A DNA stretch of 64,000 bases, from the NCBI GenBank assembly GCA_036574205.1, contig JAINCQ010000014.1, positions 1,634 to 65,633 on the forward strand, in the 5' to 3' direction. The notes under the pieces are model-generated. The model worked only from the letters and a program-made list of their open reading frames with translations, had not been told where the DNA came from and did no database searches. Numbering within the stretch: the stretch's first letter is position 1; the number at the start of each line of letters is the position of its first letter. Below are positions 1 to 10,109 of this stretch, one piece after another. Source of the stretch: Elusimicrobiota bacterium. GTDB lineage: Bacteria; Elusimicrobiota; Elusimicrobia; Elusimicrobiales; UBA9959. The position numbers were made by a program, and so were the translations under genes.

Positions 1-281
1 AAAAACTCAACTGAATAATCTATGTTCTTGATTTTTTCTTTAAATAAGGTTGCCATACAGCCAGTTACAATTATTCTTGAATCTGGATTTTGTATCCTTG
101 CTTTTTTTATAAATTTTATTAAATCTTTTTCAGCTTTTTCGGTAACGCAGCAGGAGTTTATTATCAATATATCATAATTTTTCTCATCATATAAAAGACC
201 GCTTTCTAAAAGATCATTATATATACTTTGAATTTCTATTTGATTTACTTTACAACCAAAGCTTTTAACAGAAAATCTCAT
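1..281 (-). CDS. MiaB/MtaB-family tRNA methylthiotransferase, N-terminal fragment (gene runs off the window start)
   Basis: Minus-strand translation from ATG 281-279 reads MRFSVKSFGCKVNQIEIQ...IINSCCVTEKAE...IIVTGCMA. This is the three-Cys N-terminal domain pattern of methylthiotransferases. The ATG overlaps the rsmE stop (ATGA at 278-281). It is absent from the ORF track because the window edge truncates it. Confidence 0.7.
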   Translation of the reverse strand, partial: MRFSVKSFGCKVNQIEIQSIYNDLLESGLLYDEKNYDILIINSCCVTEKAEKDLIKFIKKARIQNPDSRIIVTGCMATLFKEKIKNIDYSVEF

Positions 282-994
282 CTCTCAGCCATCCAGGCGC
301 TGAAAGCGCAAACCGCGGATATAGCCGCCGTTTCAACTCTTAATACATTGTCAGATAATTTTACGGGATATATATTTTCAGATAATGCATTAGAAAAATC
401 AATATCTGAAAAACCGCCTTCAGGTCCTACAATTATATTAATCTCATCTTCAATGAAATTTAAAATCTCCTTAAAGGAAAAAAGCCTGTTCATAATTTTA
501 TCTTTTGACATAACAAAAAATTTATTTTTAGTTTTAAAAATATCGTCTATCTTTTGAGGTTTATTTAAAATTGGGAAAAAAGAGCTTTCGCTTTGTTTTA
601 CTGCTGATTTGATAATTTCTAAAAGTCTCTCTCTTTTTTTTTCAATATCAAAGATAAAATGATTTTGAGTATAATAGGTTATTATAGGATTAAAAGAAAA
701 AATCCCGGCCTCAACTGAATTTTTTAAAACACTTTCAAATAACTTTCTCTCTATAAAAGGGATATAGAGATTAATTTTTGTTTTCAAAGTTTTTTTATCA
801 AATACTTTAACCGTTTTTATTAAAGCTTTATTTTCAATAAAATCAATAACCTTACAGATTCCCTGTCTTTCTCCGTCAAAAACCTTTATCTCATCACCCT
901 TTTTAACTCTTAAAACTTTTTTTAAATGAAAAGACTCTTCTTCATCAAGAAAAAATTCATTATCAATTATAGGATTTGATGATATAAATTGCAT
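278..994 (-). CDS. rsmE: 16S rRNA (uracil1498-N3)-methyltransferase RsmE
   Basis: 238-aa ORF with an N-terminal PUA-like segment (HLKKVLRVKKGDEIKVFDG) and a C-terminal IIVGPEGGFS...LSDNVLRVETAAI SPOUT motif typical of RsmE. It sits downstream of dnaJ, as in the B. subtilis dnaK operon. Confidence 0.85.
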   Translation of the reverse strand: MQFISSNPIIDNEFFLDEEESFHLKKVLRVKKGDEIKVFDGERQGICKVIDFIENKALIKTVKVFDKKTLKTKINLYIPFIERKLFESVLKNSVEAGIFSFNPIITYYTQNHFIFDIEKKRERLLEIIKSAVKQSESSFFPILNKPQKIDDIFKTKNKFFVMSKDKIMNRLFSFKEILNFIEDEINIIVGPEGGFSDIDFSNALSENIYPVKLSDNVLRVETAAISAVCAFSAWMAER

Positions 995-1060
995 CTTTAA
1001 ATGGGGCTTGCTAAAAATTTAATAATAAATTGAGTAATAACCATATAATCCAAACAACTA

Positions 1061-2179
1061 TTAACTAAATATTTTTTTAAAAAAACCGCCTTCCCCTTCA
1101 TTTTTATTCTGATTTTCTTTTTCATTTCTAAAACTTTCCCTTAATTTTTTTAAAAGATCTTCTTGTTCAGCGCTTATATGAGCAGGAATTCGTATCCTGA
1201 TATTTACAAGCATATCACCTCTTTTCTTTGAATTAGGGATTGGCATCCCTTTTCCAGCAACCCTGAAATTTTTCCCATGTTGAGTGCCAGCAGGCACTTT
1301 TATCCTAGTGCTACCCCCCTCTATCAATGGCACATCAATCTCACATCCTAATATTGCATCAAAAAAATCAACATTAGCAGCATATATTAAATCATGTCTA
1401 TCCCTTTCAAAATGATGATGATGTTTTATCTTAACTTCAAGATATAAATCCCCTGCTTCACCATATTTATTTATATCCCCACCTTCTCTCACTCTCAAAA
1501 TACTACCATTATCAACTCCGGGTGGAATTTTAACTGAAATCTTGTTTTTTGAATTAACAACTCCATTGCCATGACATTGAGGACAAGGATCTGTTATGAT
1601 TTTTCCCTCTCCATGACATTTAGGACATGTTTGAGTAAACGCAAAAAAACCTTGAGAATACTGAACCCTTCCTCTTCCGTTGCAGGTAGGACATCTTTTA
1701 ACAGAAGAATAATCTTTTGCCCCGCTACCATTACATTTTGAGCATTTATCTATTCTTTCATATTCAAAATCAACCTTAGATCCCTTAAAAGCCTCTTCAA
1801 GAGATATTTCAATATCAAATTTTAAATCCTCGCCTCGTCTGGCTCTTGAACGAGATTTTGAAGATACATCGCCAAAAAAACTTTCAAATACATCTCCAAA
1901 TATATCGTTAAAACTTTCAAACCCTTCGCTAAAACCACCTGATCCAAAACCTCCCTTAAGCCCCTCCTCTCCATATTCGTCATAGATCTTTCTTTTTTCA
2001 GGATTTGAAAGAACATCATAAGCCTCATTTATTTCTTTAAATTTAGCCTCTGCTTCTTTATTGTCCGGATTTCTATCTGGATGATACTTTAACGCTAACT
2101 TTCTAAAAGCTGACTTTATCTCATCCGCACTTGCATTTCTTGAAACACCCAGAATTCTATAATAATCTTTATCAGACAT
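1061..2179 (-). CDS. dnaJ: Chaperone DnaJ
   Basis: J-domain (DYYRILGV...KYHPDRN), a G/F-rich linker and four CxxCxGxG zinc-finger repeats ([32 protein letters not shown]). Confidence 0.97.
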   Translation of the reverse strand: MSDKDYYRILGVSRNASADEIKSAFRKLALKYHPDRNPDNKEAEAKFKEINEAYDVLSNPEKRKIYDEYGEEGLKGGFGSGGFSEGFESFNDIFGDVFESFFGDVSSKSRSRARRGEDLKFDIEISLEEAFKGSKVDFEYERIDKCSKCNGSGAKDYSSVKRCPTCNGRGRVQYSQGFFAFTQTCPKCHGEGKIITDPCPQCHGNGVVNSKNKISVKIPPGVDNGSILRVREGGDINKYGEAGDLYLEVKIKHHHHFERDRHDLIYAANVDFFDAILGCEIDVPLIEGGSTRIKVPAGTQHGKNFRVAGKGMPIPNSKKRGDMLVNIRIRIPAHISAEQEDLLKKLRESFRNEKENQNKNEGEGGFFKKIFS

Positions 2180-2198
2180 AATTTATCCTTTTAAATAG

Positions 2199-2224
2199 CC
2201 GGGGCGGAATAAAAACTCCGCCCC
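2199..2224 (-). terminator. GC-rich stem-loop between dnaK and dnaJ (possible intra-operon attenuator)
   Basis: cGGGGCGGA-ataaaaac-TCCGCCCCg forms a perfect 9-bp GC-rich stem in an otherwise AT-rich spacer. There is no strong U-tract, so it may attenuate or stabilise the transcript rather than terminate it fully. Confidence 0.4.
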
Positions 2225-2243
2225 GATTAAATCGCACAAAGAT

Positions 2244-4103
2244 TTATTTCTTTCCGTCATCAACTACTTCAGCGTCAACAACATCCTCTTTTTTAGCATC
2301 AGATTGCTTCTTTTGTGAAGATTCTGTTTGAGCGGATGAAGACGAAGCCTGTTGCTGTGCCTTATAAACCGCTTCACCCAATTTTTGTGAAAGTCTTATA
2401 AGATCATCTTTAAGTTTTTTTATCCTTTCAAGATCCTCGCCTTTTACAGCCTCTTTTAGATCAGATATTGCCCTTTCAATATTGAGCCTTTCATCATTTG
2501 AAATCTTATCCCCATAATCTTTAAGATCTTTTTCAGTGGAATATATAAGAGCATCCGCCTCATTTTTAGCCTCAACAAGTTCCTTTATCTTTTTATCCTG
2601 TTCGGCAAATTTTTCAGCCTCTTTCACATATTTTTCTATCTCCTCTTTATTCAGTTTATTAGGAGCGGATATGGTTATATGCTGACTTTTTCCAGTACCA
2701 AGATCTTTTGCGGAAACTTTAAGTATTCCATTTGCATCTATATCAAAAGTAACCTCTATCTGAGGAACTCCTCGTGGCGCCGGTGGAATTCCATCAAGAT
2801 CGAATTTTCCAAGAGGAACATTGTCTTTTGCCATTGGTCTTTCACCCTGCAAAACATTAACAGTAACTGCTGGTTGATTATCTGTGGCTGTGGAAAATAT
2901 CTGAGTTTTTTTCACCGGTATTGTTGTATTTCTTTCTATGAGTTTGGTCATAACCCCACCAAGGGTTTCAATACCAAGAGAAAGCGGAGTAACATCAAGT
3001 AAAAGTATATCCTTAACATCTCCAGTAAGGATTGCTCCTTGAATAGCCGCGCCATGAGCAACGCACTCCATAGGATCTATTCCCCTTTCAATTTTTTTGC
3101 CTATATAATCTTCAACAAACTTCTGGACTATAGGCATTCTGGTCGGTCCGCCAACAAGTATAATTTTATCAATATCGCTTGACTTAAGTTTAGCGTCAGA
3201 AAGCGCGGTATCCATAGATGTTCTACATCTATTAACTATTGAACTTACAAGAGACTCAAGTTTGGCTCTGGATATTTTCATTGAAAGATGTTTTGGCCCT
3301 GATGAATCAGCAGTTATAAAAGGAAGATTTATATCTGTTTCAAGAACTGTTGAAAGCTCTATTTTTGCTTTTTCAGCAGCTTCTTTTATTCTTTGCATCG
3401 CGGTAGAATCATTTCTTAAATCTATACCATGCTGTTTTTTAAACTCCTCAAGTATCCAGTCTATCACAGCGTTATCCATGTCAGTACCGCCAAGCTGAGT
3501 ATCACCGCTTGTTGAAAGAACCTCAAATGTTCCTTCTTTTCCTATCTCCATTATTGTAACGTCAAGCGTTCCACCACCCAAGTCAAAAACCATAACCTTC
3601 TGGTCTTTTCCAAGTTTGTCAAGCCCATATGCCAGAGCTGCAGCAGTTGGCTCATTTACAAGCCTTATAACCTCAAGCCCCGCTATTGTTCCGGCATCTT
3701 TTGTCGCCTGTCTCTGGTTATCATTAAAATATGCAGGCACGGTTATAACAGCCTTCTCAACCTTATCTCCTAAAAAAGCTTCTGCATCTCTTTTTATTTT
3801 TTGAAGTATAAAAGCTGAAAGTTGTTGTGGGGTAAATTCTTTATCAAATATTTTATACTTATGTGTGGTTCCCATTTTCCTTTTAAAAGCTGTAACTGTT
3901 CCTTGAGGATTTGAAACTGCCTGCCTTCTTGCAGGTTCACCGACAAGAAGCTGTCCGTCCTTGGTAAAAGCCACATAAGATGGAAAAGCCTTTCCTCCTA
4001 TCGATGTTCCCTCCGCTGCTGGTATAAGTGTAACTTTTCCACCCTCCATAACTGCGGCGGCTGAATTTGAAGTTCCAAGGTCTATTCCTATTATTTTTGC
4101 CAT
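2244..4103 (-). CDS. dnaK: Chaperone DnaK (Hsp70)
   Basis: 619-aa ORF carrying the Hsp70 signatures [21 protein letters not shown] and [16 protein letters not shown] lies upstream of the ATG. Confidence 0.98.
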   Translation of the reverse strand: MAKIIGIDLGTSNSAAAVMEGGKVTLIPAAEGTSIGGKAFPSYVAFTKDGQLLVGEPARRQAVSNPQGTVTAFKRKMGTTHKYKIFDKEFTPQQLSAFILQKIKRDAEAFLGDKVEKAVITVPAYFNDNQRQATKDAGTIAGLEVIRLVNEPTAAALAYGLDKLGKDQKVMVFDLGGGTLDVTIMEIGKEGTFEVLSTSGDTQLGGTDMDNAVIDWILEEFKKQHGIDLRNDSTAMQRIKEAAEKAKIELSTVLETDINLPFITADSSGPKHLSMKISRAKLESLVSSIVNRCRTSMDTALSDAKLKSSDIDKIILVGGPTRMPIVQKFVEDYIGKKIERGIDPMECVAHGAAIQGAILTGDVKDILLLDVTPLSLGIETLGGVMTKLIERNTTIPVKKTQIFSTATDNQPAVTVNVLQGERPMAKDNVPLGKFDLDGIPPAPRGVPQIEVTFDIDANGILKVSAKDLGTGKSQHITISAPNKLNKEEIEKYVKEAEKFAEQDKKIKELVEAKNEADALIYSTEKDLKDYGDKISNDERLNIERAISDLKEAVKGEDLERIKKLKDDLIRLSQKLGEAVYKAQQQASSSSAQTESSQKKQSDAKKEDVVDAEVVDDGKK

Positions 4104-4115
4104 AATTCCTCCTTT

Positions 4116-4754
4116 TTATTTAGATTTATTTTCTTCCTGAGTTTTCTCTTCAGGTTTTTCTACATTTTCCTTACTTTCTTTTATTTCTTTTTTCTTTGCA
4201 ACTTTAACTTTTGCAGGTTTAAGAAGCCTGCCATTTACCATATATCCAGGCTGAACTACCTCAACAACTATATCATCATTACTCCCATCTCCATCAACGG
4301 TAGCAATGGTTTCGCAAAGCATAGGATCGCATTTTTTGTTCAATATATCTATCTCAGAAACCCCCTCAGCCTTAAAAAGTTTTTCAAATTCCAAGAAAAT
4401 CATTTCAAGCCCTTTTTTAATATCATCAAGGGAACTTGAGTTTGAAATATGAGCACTCGCCATTTTCATCATCTCATATAATGGAATAATATGTTGTATA
4501 AAATCATATCTTGCCCAATTTGCAATTTCATGCTTCTCTTTTTCTATCCTTTTTCTATAATTTTCAAACTCAGCTTTTAATCTTAAAAGCTGGTCATAAT
4601 ATTCCTGTTCTTTTTTCTTAGACTCTTGAAGTTCTTTCTCAATTGAGCTTTTTTCTTTCTCACAACTGACTATTTCTTCATTAGCCTCATTAATTTTCTC
4701 TTTAGCTTCTTTTAAATCCTTTTTACAATTATTATTTTCCTTCATATTTATCAA
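4116..4754 (-). CDS. grpE: Nucleotide exchange factor GrpE
   Basis: Coiled-coil N-terminus followed by LRLKAEFENYRKR and a C-terminal beta domain (VVQPGYMVNGRLLKPAKV). The TTG start at 4754 has AAGGAG 8 nt upstream and overlaps the hrcA stop. An ATG at 4745 is an alternative start. Confidence 0.92.
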   Translation of the reverse strand: MINMKENNNCKKDLKEAKEKINEANEEIVSCEKEKSSIEKELQESKKKEQEYYDQLLRLKAEFENYRKRIEKEKHEIANWARYDFIQHIIPLYEMMKMASAHISNSSSLDDIKKGLEMIFLEFEKLFKAEGVSEIDILNKKCDPMLCETIATVDGDGSNDDIVVEVVQPGYMVNGRLLKPAKVKVAKKKEIKESKENVEKPEEKTQEENKSK

Positions 4755-5851
4755 AAATCACACTCCTTGTCCCATTCTTTTAAGACATCTTCTATCATAG
4801 AACCAATTGCATCAACGATGGATATAATTTTAGGATATTCCATCCTTCTATGACCTATTATTCCTATCAACCCATAGCTTTTATCCTTCAAGCAATAGGA
4901 AGAAGTAACCATACTAAAATTATCCAGCTCTTTTATCTTGTTTTCAGAACCAATCCTTACATCTATCACACGTCTATTTTCTGAACTACCGCTGGAAATT
5001 TCCTTACGACTGCTCATTGCCTCCATAAATCTTTCTTTCAATATTTTTGTAAATCTTTCTTTTTCTTCAAGAAGCTTTGATATCATTCGTATATCTTCTA
5101 AAGAAAACTCATCAGTTTCTTCATACATTCTTGTAATTCCGTCAATAAAAAGTTCATCCTCTTCCTTGAGGATAGCCAAAAAAATATCATAAACAGCATG
5201 GAAAATTCCACCCTCATCCTTTGGAAGAAAGTCTTTCAATAAACGATCTTTCGCCTCGCGTATGCTTAAATCTTTCATGCTTTTATTCAGCTTTGAAATA
5301 GCAGTTTTAACTGAAATTTTTTCTGAGGATTTAGAAACAACAAATGGATAATGTTTTATAATTCCCGTAACAGTTACTATTATAAGTATATATCCTCTAT
5401 CAGAAACCTGAACAATATCTATTCTTTTTATATGCTCATTGCTTATATCAGAAACTATTGAAAACCCGACTTTTCTGGTAAGGTCCGATAATATCTTTGT
5501 AGTATGTTTCAAAAAATAATCAAGTTCGGCTATCCTTCTATCATATTCAATTTCTATCTTCTCTTTTTCCGCCTCAGCAATGTTTTGAGCCTTGAGTATA
5601 TTATCAATGTATAATCTGTAAGCTTTATCTGTAGGTATCCTTCCTCCAGAGGTATGAACCTGTTCAAGAAACCCTTCATCATCAAGTTCTTTTAATATAT
5701 TTCTAATACTCGCAGGTGAAATGGAAAAATTTCCATTCTCAAATATCTCGCCAGAACTGACTGGATTGCCAGTGGTAATATAACGGTAAATAAGCCAGTT
5801 AAGTATCTTTTCCTTTCTTTCTTTTGCAACTTCCGGTTTTAATATCCTCAT
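4751..5851 (-). CDS. hrcA: Heat-inducible transcriptional repressor HrcA
   Basis: 366-aa ORF with a winged-helix N-terminus (PVSSGEI...ISPASIRNILKELDDEGFLEQVHTSGGRIPT). It is the first gene of the hrcA-grpE-dnaK-dnaJ string, and a CIRCE operator lies just upstream. Confidence 0.92.
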   Translation of the reverse strand: MRILKPEVAKERKEKILNWLIYRYITTGNPVSSGEIFENGNFSISPASIRNILKELDDEGFLEQVHTSGGRIPTDKAYRLYIDNILKAQNIAEAEKEKIEIEYDRRIAELDYFLKHTTKILSDLTRKVGFSIVSDISNEHIKRIDIVQVSDRGYILIIVTVTGIIKHYPFVVSKSSEKISVKTAISKLNKSMKDLSIREAKDRLLKDFLPKDEGGIFHAVYDIFLAILKEEDELFIDGITRMYEETDEFSLEDIRMISKLLEEKERFTKILKERFMEAMSSRKEISSGSSENRRVIDVRIGSENKIKELDNFSMVTSSYCLKDKSYGLIGIIGHRRMEYPKIISIVDAIGSMIEDVLKEWDKECDF

Positions 5852-5863
5852 AACTCACTTTTA

Positions 5864-5890
5864 TTAGCAATTAAATCAAAAGACTGCTAA
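5864..5890 (-). promoter_or_regulatory. CIRCE operator (HrcA binding site)
   Basis: TTAGCAATT-N9-GACTGCTAA compared with the consensus TTAGCACTC-N9-GAGTGCTAA. It sits immediately downstream of the -10 box of the hrcA promoter. Confidence 0.85.
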
Positions 5891-5894
5891 TAAT

Positions 5895-5923
5895 ATTATA
5901 CAACAATTATTCAAAATTGTCAA
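5895..5923 (-). promoter_or_regulatory. Sigma-70 promoter of the hrcA-dnaK operon
   Basis: The minus strand reads TTGACA (5923-5918), a 17-nt spacer, then TATAAT (5900-5895). Both hexamers match the consensus exactly. Confidence 0.8.
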
Positions 5924-5952
5924 TAGCTATATTTGATTGCTAATTATAAGGT

Positions 5953-8802
5953 TTATTTTATAAGCCAGTATGACCCGTTTTGCGTTTTAAAGATTTTAGG
6001 TTTATTGTTTTTAAAAATTATAATCTCGGAAACAGAAGATTTCTCTACCCTTTTAATATTTTTAGAATATATCTTTGAGGTAATATCAATAAGATAATTA
6101 ACAGTATATGTATTGTCATTATTTTTTATTATATGGAAATCGCTTATATTAAGTTTTATTTCATTAAAAAGGGAAAATATTCTTGAAAAATGATCTCTTA
6201 AATCTGATACGTTTTCTCCTTCAGGAGAAACCCAATCCTCATCCACAAGATTTATTAATTTAGAAACACTTTTTGATTGATATGCGTCTTTAAACTCCTC
6301 ATAAAGCCTTTTTATAAGTTCCTCCTGATCATCTGTTTTATAATTAGCGTTTGAGGTAATATTATTTCGCCTAATATTTGGATCAATACAGTATTTTTCA
6401 AGCTCCTGAGAAACCACCCACGGCAAAGATGATATAAATTTTTTATTTTCATCAATGGAGGAAGACTGGCAGATAAAATTTTTCATATTCCCTTCTATCT
6501 CCACTATTCTATCTATAGCTTTTTTATAAGATTCTAAAATTACAGATAAGTTTTCTTTTGAAATTGTGGTAAAATAAGCAATATCATCATAAATTTTAGA
6601 TGCTTCATTTATTATTTTAAGGGCTTCATCACATGGGATATTTAAAGGAAATGATTTGACTGCTTTATCAATTTCAGAAACTTTAGCATAAGCATAATCT
6701 CTTTTCTCATAAACTTCTGCAATACTATAATCATCAATAAGCTTTTGAAAATCCAGAAGATATTTCTTATGCTCATCAATAGAAAAATAGCATTTTTCAT
6801 TTAAAGCAATATCTTTATAAACAAATCCCTCTCTTTTCTCCTCCAAAGCATGCAATGAGCAGTTTATTCTTTCAAGTATCTTTTTAAAATTTGAGTTATA
6901 AATTTTGGCATAATTTTCTTTTGTCATATCAAGACTTCCGCTTTTTAATTCAGCTTTAGCCTTTCTCTTAATCTCATCAACAACAGGCATAAATTCATTT
7001 ACAAATCTTAAATTAAGAGAGATTTCATTATTCCATTTTTCTTGAATCTTTCTCGCTATTTTAGATCGCATCTTCATTTTTTCTATATAATTGTTATTTA
7101 TAAACTCCATTGGATCCGAAATCTTTTTATTCATAAATAAAAGCAAATCAGCTGTTTTTTTAAAATCATACCTTGGTATTGAAAAATACTCAGCCATAGA
7201 AGCGTTTTTAGAGTATATCTCATCATATTTTGTTAAATTGTCGTTATATTTCTTTTCTATTTCTTCAAATCTGCTTTTATAAATTTTAGATTTTTCCTCA
7301 GCTATATTGGCAAGAGTCTCATAGGCGCCAGCAATGGAAGCAATAGAATCCCTTATTTTTTTCATCTTTTCTATTGTTGGATTTTTTTTCCCCTCCCAGC
7401 TATACTGAACCCAGTGGTCATAATCCTCTTCTACCCCCAAAGTATTCTCAATCCCATCCATAATACCGTTATAATAGTCTAACTTCTTTGCCTGAGAAAT
7501 AGAAAAAAAATCCTGTTTTAAATTATTGTAATAAGAATCCTCAAAATTATTACCCAACAAATAATCTCTTAATTCAAGTGATATCAAATCCTCTTTAAGT
7601 TTTTTGCCATATCCATTTAATTTCTGTTCTATTTCATCTATAGCCTTATAAAAATTTTCGTAAGATTTTGAACAAAGATTTATTTTTTCTTTAGCACTTA
7701 AAGCTATATCTGATGAAGAATATGTTATTTTATTCATTAACGGAGTTTTACAGGAAAAGTCAAGGATATTTGCAGATTGGAGTATAAAATTTTTAACACT
7801 TACATATTCACCAGCGCTGATATTATTTGTAAGGAGTCTGTCCGAATTAAGTCCATATTCCCTAATAAGCCCTGAGTAATCAGGAACTGAAAATGAAGAC
7901 AGGTCATTTTTCTCAAGAGATGTTTTTTGATTTGCCACAACTAAAATTAAATTATCTATCTTTTCATCTCCCGTTGAAACTTTTTCACCTGCTTTAATTT
8001 TTTTACCTACATCTTCCTGATATAAACCTTTAAGTTTAATATATTCATCCTTGTTTTTTAAATACTTTGTAAAATTTTCCTTTGTAATCGGGATCTTTGC
8101 CACCTTCATCATATTTATTATCTCAGATGTTTTCCTTTCAGCTTCTTTTCTTACAATCTCAATTTCTTCCTCAGCTCTTATCTTAGCCCATATTTGATTT
8201 CTTATAAGTTTTTGTTTTCTTTCTTTTATTTCAAGTTCCTTTCTTCTTAACTCATAGCCTTCTTTCATTTTAGCTAAAACCTCAGGTCTTTTATGATAAA
8301 GTATCCCTCCCATTCTATTTTCAACACCTATCGAATCTCCGGTTCCATAAATATAATTTGTATATGCCTCATCAAGCTCTTTAACAGTGGTTTTAGAAAG
8401 CACATCCTCTTTAAATTCTGTCAATCTATTTTGAACTGCCCAATCCTGCCAGTCATTTACATAGGTCTCAACCATAGAATAAACACTCATGGCAGTTTCA
8501 GCATAAACCCCAACGACAGGAGCTAATCTTTTCAAAACAAAGAACTGAGCTGATTGAATCATATCATTTTTTATATTCTCAGGTTTCAAACCCTCAAAAA
8601 CCTGCTCCACTATTCTCCCGCCCTTACCCATAGAAATTTCATAAGCTATCTGCCCATAAACCTTTGGATCAGCAACCCCGGGAACTCTATTAGTTAAATT
8701 TTCAAGTATTACTTCTTTAACAAACTCAGCAGTAACATTTTCGGATTTAAGATTCAAATTAAAAGACAGAAACATAAAAATTGACAAAGAAATAACCTTC
8801 AT
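5953..8802 (-). CDS. Secreted protein of unknown function, 949 aa, largely helical/coiled-coil with a C-terminal NTF2-like module
   Basis: Long uninterrupted ORF with a signal peptide (MKVISLSIFMFLSFNLNL). I recognise no catalytic motif. The C-terminal ~110 aa are paralogous to a segment of the neighbouring 415-aa protein. Confidence 0.7.
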   Translation of the reverse strand: MKVISLSIFMFLSFNLNLKSENVTAEFVKEVILENLTNRVPGVADPKVYGQIAYEISMGKGGRIVEQVFEGLKPENIKNDMIQSAQFFVLKRLAPVVGVYAETAMSVYSMVETYVNDWQDWAVQNRLTEFKEDVLSKTTVKELDEAYTNYIYGTGDSIGVENRMGGILYHKRPEVLAKMKEGYELRRKELEIKERKQKLIRNQIWAKIRAEEEIEIVRKEAERKTSEIINMMKVAKIPITKENFTKYLKNKDEYIKLKGLYQEDVGKKIKAGEKVSTGDEKIDNLILVVANQKTSLEKNDLSSFSVPDYSGLIREYGLNSDRLLTNNISAGEYVSVKNFILQSANILDFSCKTPLMNKITYSSSDIALSAKEKINLCSKSYENFYKAIDEIEQKLNGYGKKLKEDLISLELRDYLLGNNFEDSYYNNLKQDFFSISQAKKLDYYNGIMDGIENTLGVEEDYDHWVQYSWEGKKNPTIEKMKKIRDSIASIAGAYETLANIAEEKSKIYKSRFEEIEKKYNDNLTKYDEIYSKNASMAEYFSIPRYDFKKTADLLLFMNKKISDPMEFINNNYIEKMKMRSKIARKIQEKWNNEISLNLRFVNEFMPVVDEIKRKAKAELKSGSLDMTKENYAKIYNSNFKKILERINCSLHALEEKREGFVYKDIALNEKCYFSIDEHKKYLLDFQKLIDDYSIAEVYEKRDYAYAKVSEIDKAVKSFPLNIPCDEALKIINEASKIYDDIAYFTTISKENLSVILESYKKAIDRIVEIEGNMKNFICQSSSIDENKKFISSLPWVVSQELEKYCIDPNIRRNNITSNANYKTDDQEELIKRLYEEFKDAYQSKSVSKLINLVDEDWVSPEGENVSDLRDHFSRIFSLFNEIKLNISDFHIIKNNDNTYTVNYLIDITSKIYSKNIKRVEKSSVSEIIIFKNNKPKIFKTQNGSYWLIK

Positions 8803-8853
8803 AAAACTCCTCCCGGAATTATAAGACTAAAAATATTATAATGAATAATTTAA

Positions 8854-10101
8854 TCAAAATTTTCTAACCTTAAAACTGGTATTCTGAACACCGCTTGAGG
8901 CAGGCATTGTAATCATCTGAAATGCGAAAAACTCCCCTGTCTCAGGCATATAGATACCATAAGATTTAGAAAGAGCTGGAGTAAAAAACACAGGCTGGGT
9001 ATAACCTGTTAAATTAGACACCTCAGCCTGAGTCAGGCTTTCTATATTTTTATTAAACTCTTTCATCTTGCCGTTATGTTGAAGTTCGACCTGATCGTGA
9101 TAAACTATAAATTCTCCAATTTCTCCATTTATAGTCATATCATCATAATAATGACATCCTTTTTCTCCGGTTGTAAAGTAATATAAAGGATGTAGATATG
9201 GATCAACCCCTGAACAACTTATATTTACTATGCCAACACTTCCGCCAATATCGTCATCTATTATTACCATACCCTCGCCTTCACCGGGGGTCTGACCTGT
9301 TGCCACATTGTCGGCATCTGAAAGCCCAAATAAGAGAGGTTTTTTCATACTATAGAGTTTTAATTTATCCTCATCATATTTAAAAACCATCTCAGTCATT
9401 CTTTTATCTACTATGATCTGACCTGATTTTGAGCTTACAACACTCCTATTATAAGTAATTGAAACGCCAATCCCTTTCAAACCAGAAGTGATATTATTTA
9501 TTGAGTAGTTAATCTTTATATTATTTAAAGCAGTGAAGTCTCTTTTAACAGCAAGCTCTAAAAAGTCCTTGTCTCCCGCAAAATCATCTGAGACATAAGA
9601 CATAAATTTAGATAGACTTTTATTTGAATATGCCTCAAATATTTGATCTAAAATTTCCTTGACTTTAAGATTAATATTTTCCGCTGTAACCTCTATCTCT
9701 CTATAAGTCTCTTCAATATTATTCGTCTTACCAGCTGTATTTGTTATTTCAATATAAAACTTGTAACTCTTGTTTAACTCGGGGGTAAAAGAAAATTCAA
9801 AATCCCCGTTTTCAGAAAATTTTGCATCCTGCCAGCTATTTTTTGAATCCACACTTACCCTAACGCTTCCCACAACAGCCCCTTTGCCAGCTGAAGCTTT
9901 TCCCCTTATAATTACCTTCCCATCTTTTAAACTTTCTTTAAAAAATTTTATCTTTCTGGTAGTTTCATCAAAAGATATAGAATTTATAGTCATATACTTT
10001 ATTGAAACCTCATCCTTTGATTTGCCAAATATCCACCACTTTGCGCTTACAAAACCAGAAGTTATAAAAAATATAGCAAGTAATAATGTTATTTTTTTCA
10101 T
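8854..10101 (-). CDS. Secreted protein of unknown function, 415 aa (Ig-like N-terminal segment plus NTF2-like module)
   Basis: Signal peptide MKKITLLLAIFFITSGFVSA. A GGAGGAG Shine-Dalgarno site straddles the stop of the upstream barrel gene. The segment AYSNKSLSKFMSYVSDDF matches AYQSKSVSKLINLVDEDW in the 949-aa protein. Confidence 0.7.
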   Translation of the reverse strand: MKKITLLLAIFFITSGFVSAKWWIFGKSKDEVSIKYMTINSISFDETTRKIKFFKESLKDGKVIIRGKASAGKGAVVGSVRVSVDSKNSWQDAKFSENGDFEFSFTPELNKSYKFYIEITNTAGKTNNIEETYREIEVTAENINLKVKEILDQIFEAYSNKSLSKFMSYVSDDFAGDKDFLELAVKRDFTALNNIKINYSINNITSGLKGIGVSITYNRSVVSSKSGQIIVDKRMTEMVFKYDEDKLKLYSMKKPLLFGLSDADNVATGQTPGEGEGMVIIDDDIGGSVGIVNISCSGVDPYLHPLYYFTTGEKGCHYYDDMTINGEIGEFIVYHDQVELQHNGKMKEFNKNIESLTQAEVSNLTGYTQPVFFTPALSKSYGIYMPETGEFFAFQMITMPASSGVQNTSFKVRKF

Positions 10102-10109
10102 ATCTCCTC

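Noticed and set aside
228-557. Plus-strand 109-aa ORF overlapping rsmE. Similar antisense ORFs occur at 2679-3002, 3262-3498 and 3616-3804 in dnaK, at 40669-41013 and 40941-41330, and at 52771-53031, 19008-19283 and 25041-25469.
   Set aside because: Each lies entirely antisense to a strongly supported gene. All have low-complexity, hydrophobic or Ser/Phe/Ile-rich composition typical of shadow frames in AT-rich DNA, and none has an SD.
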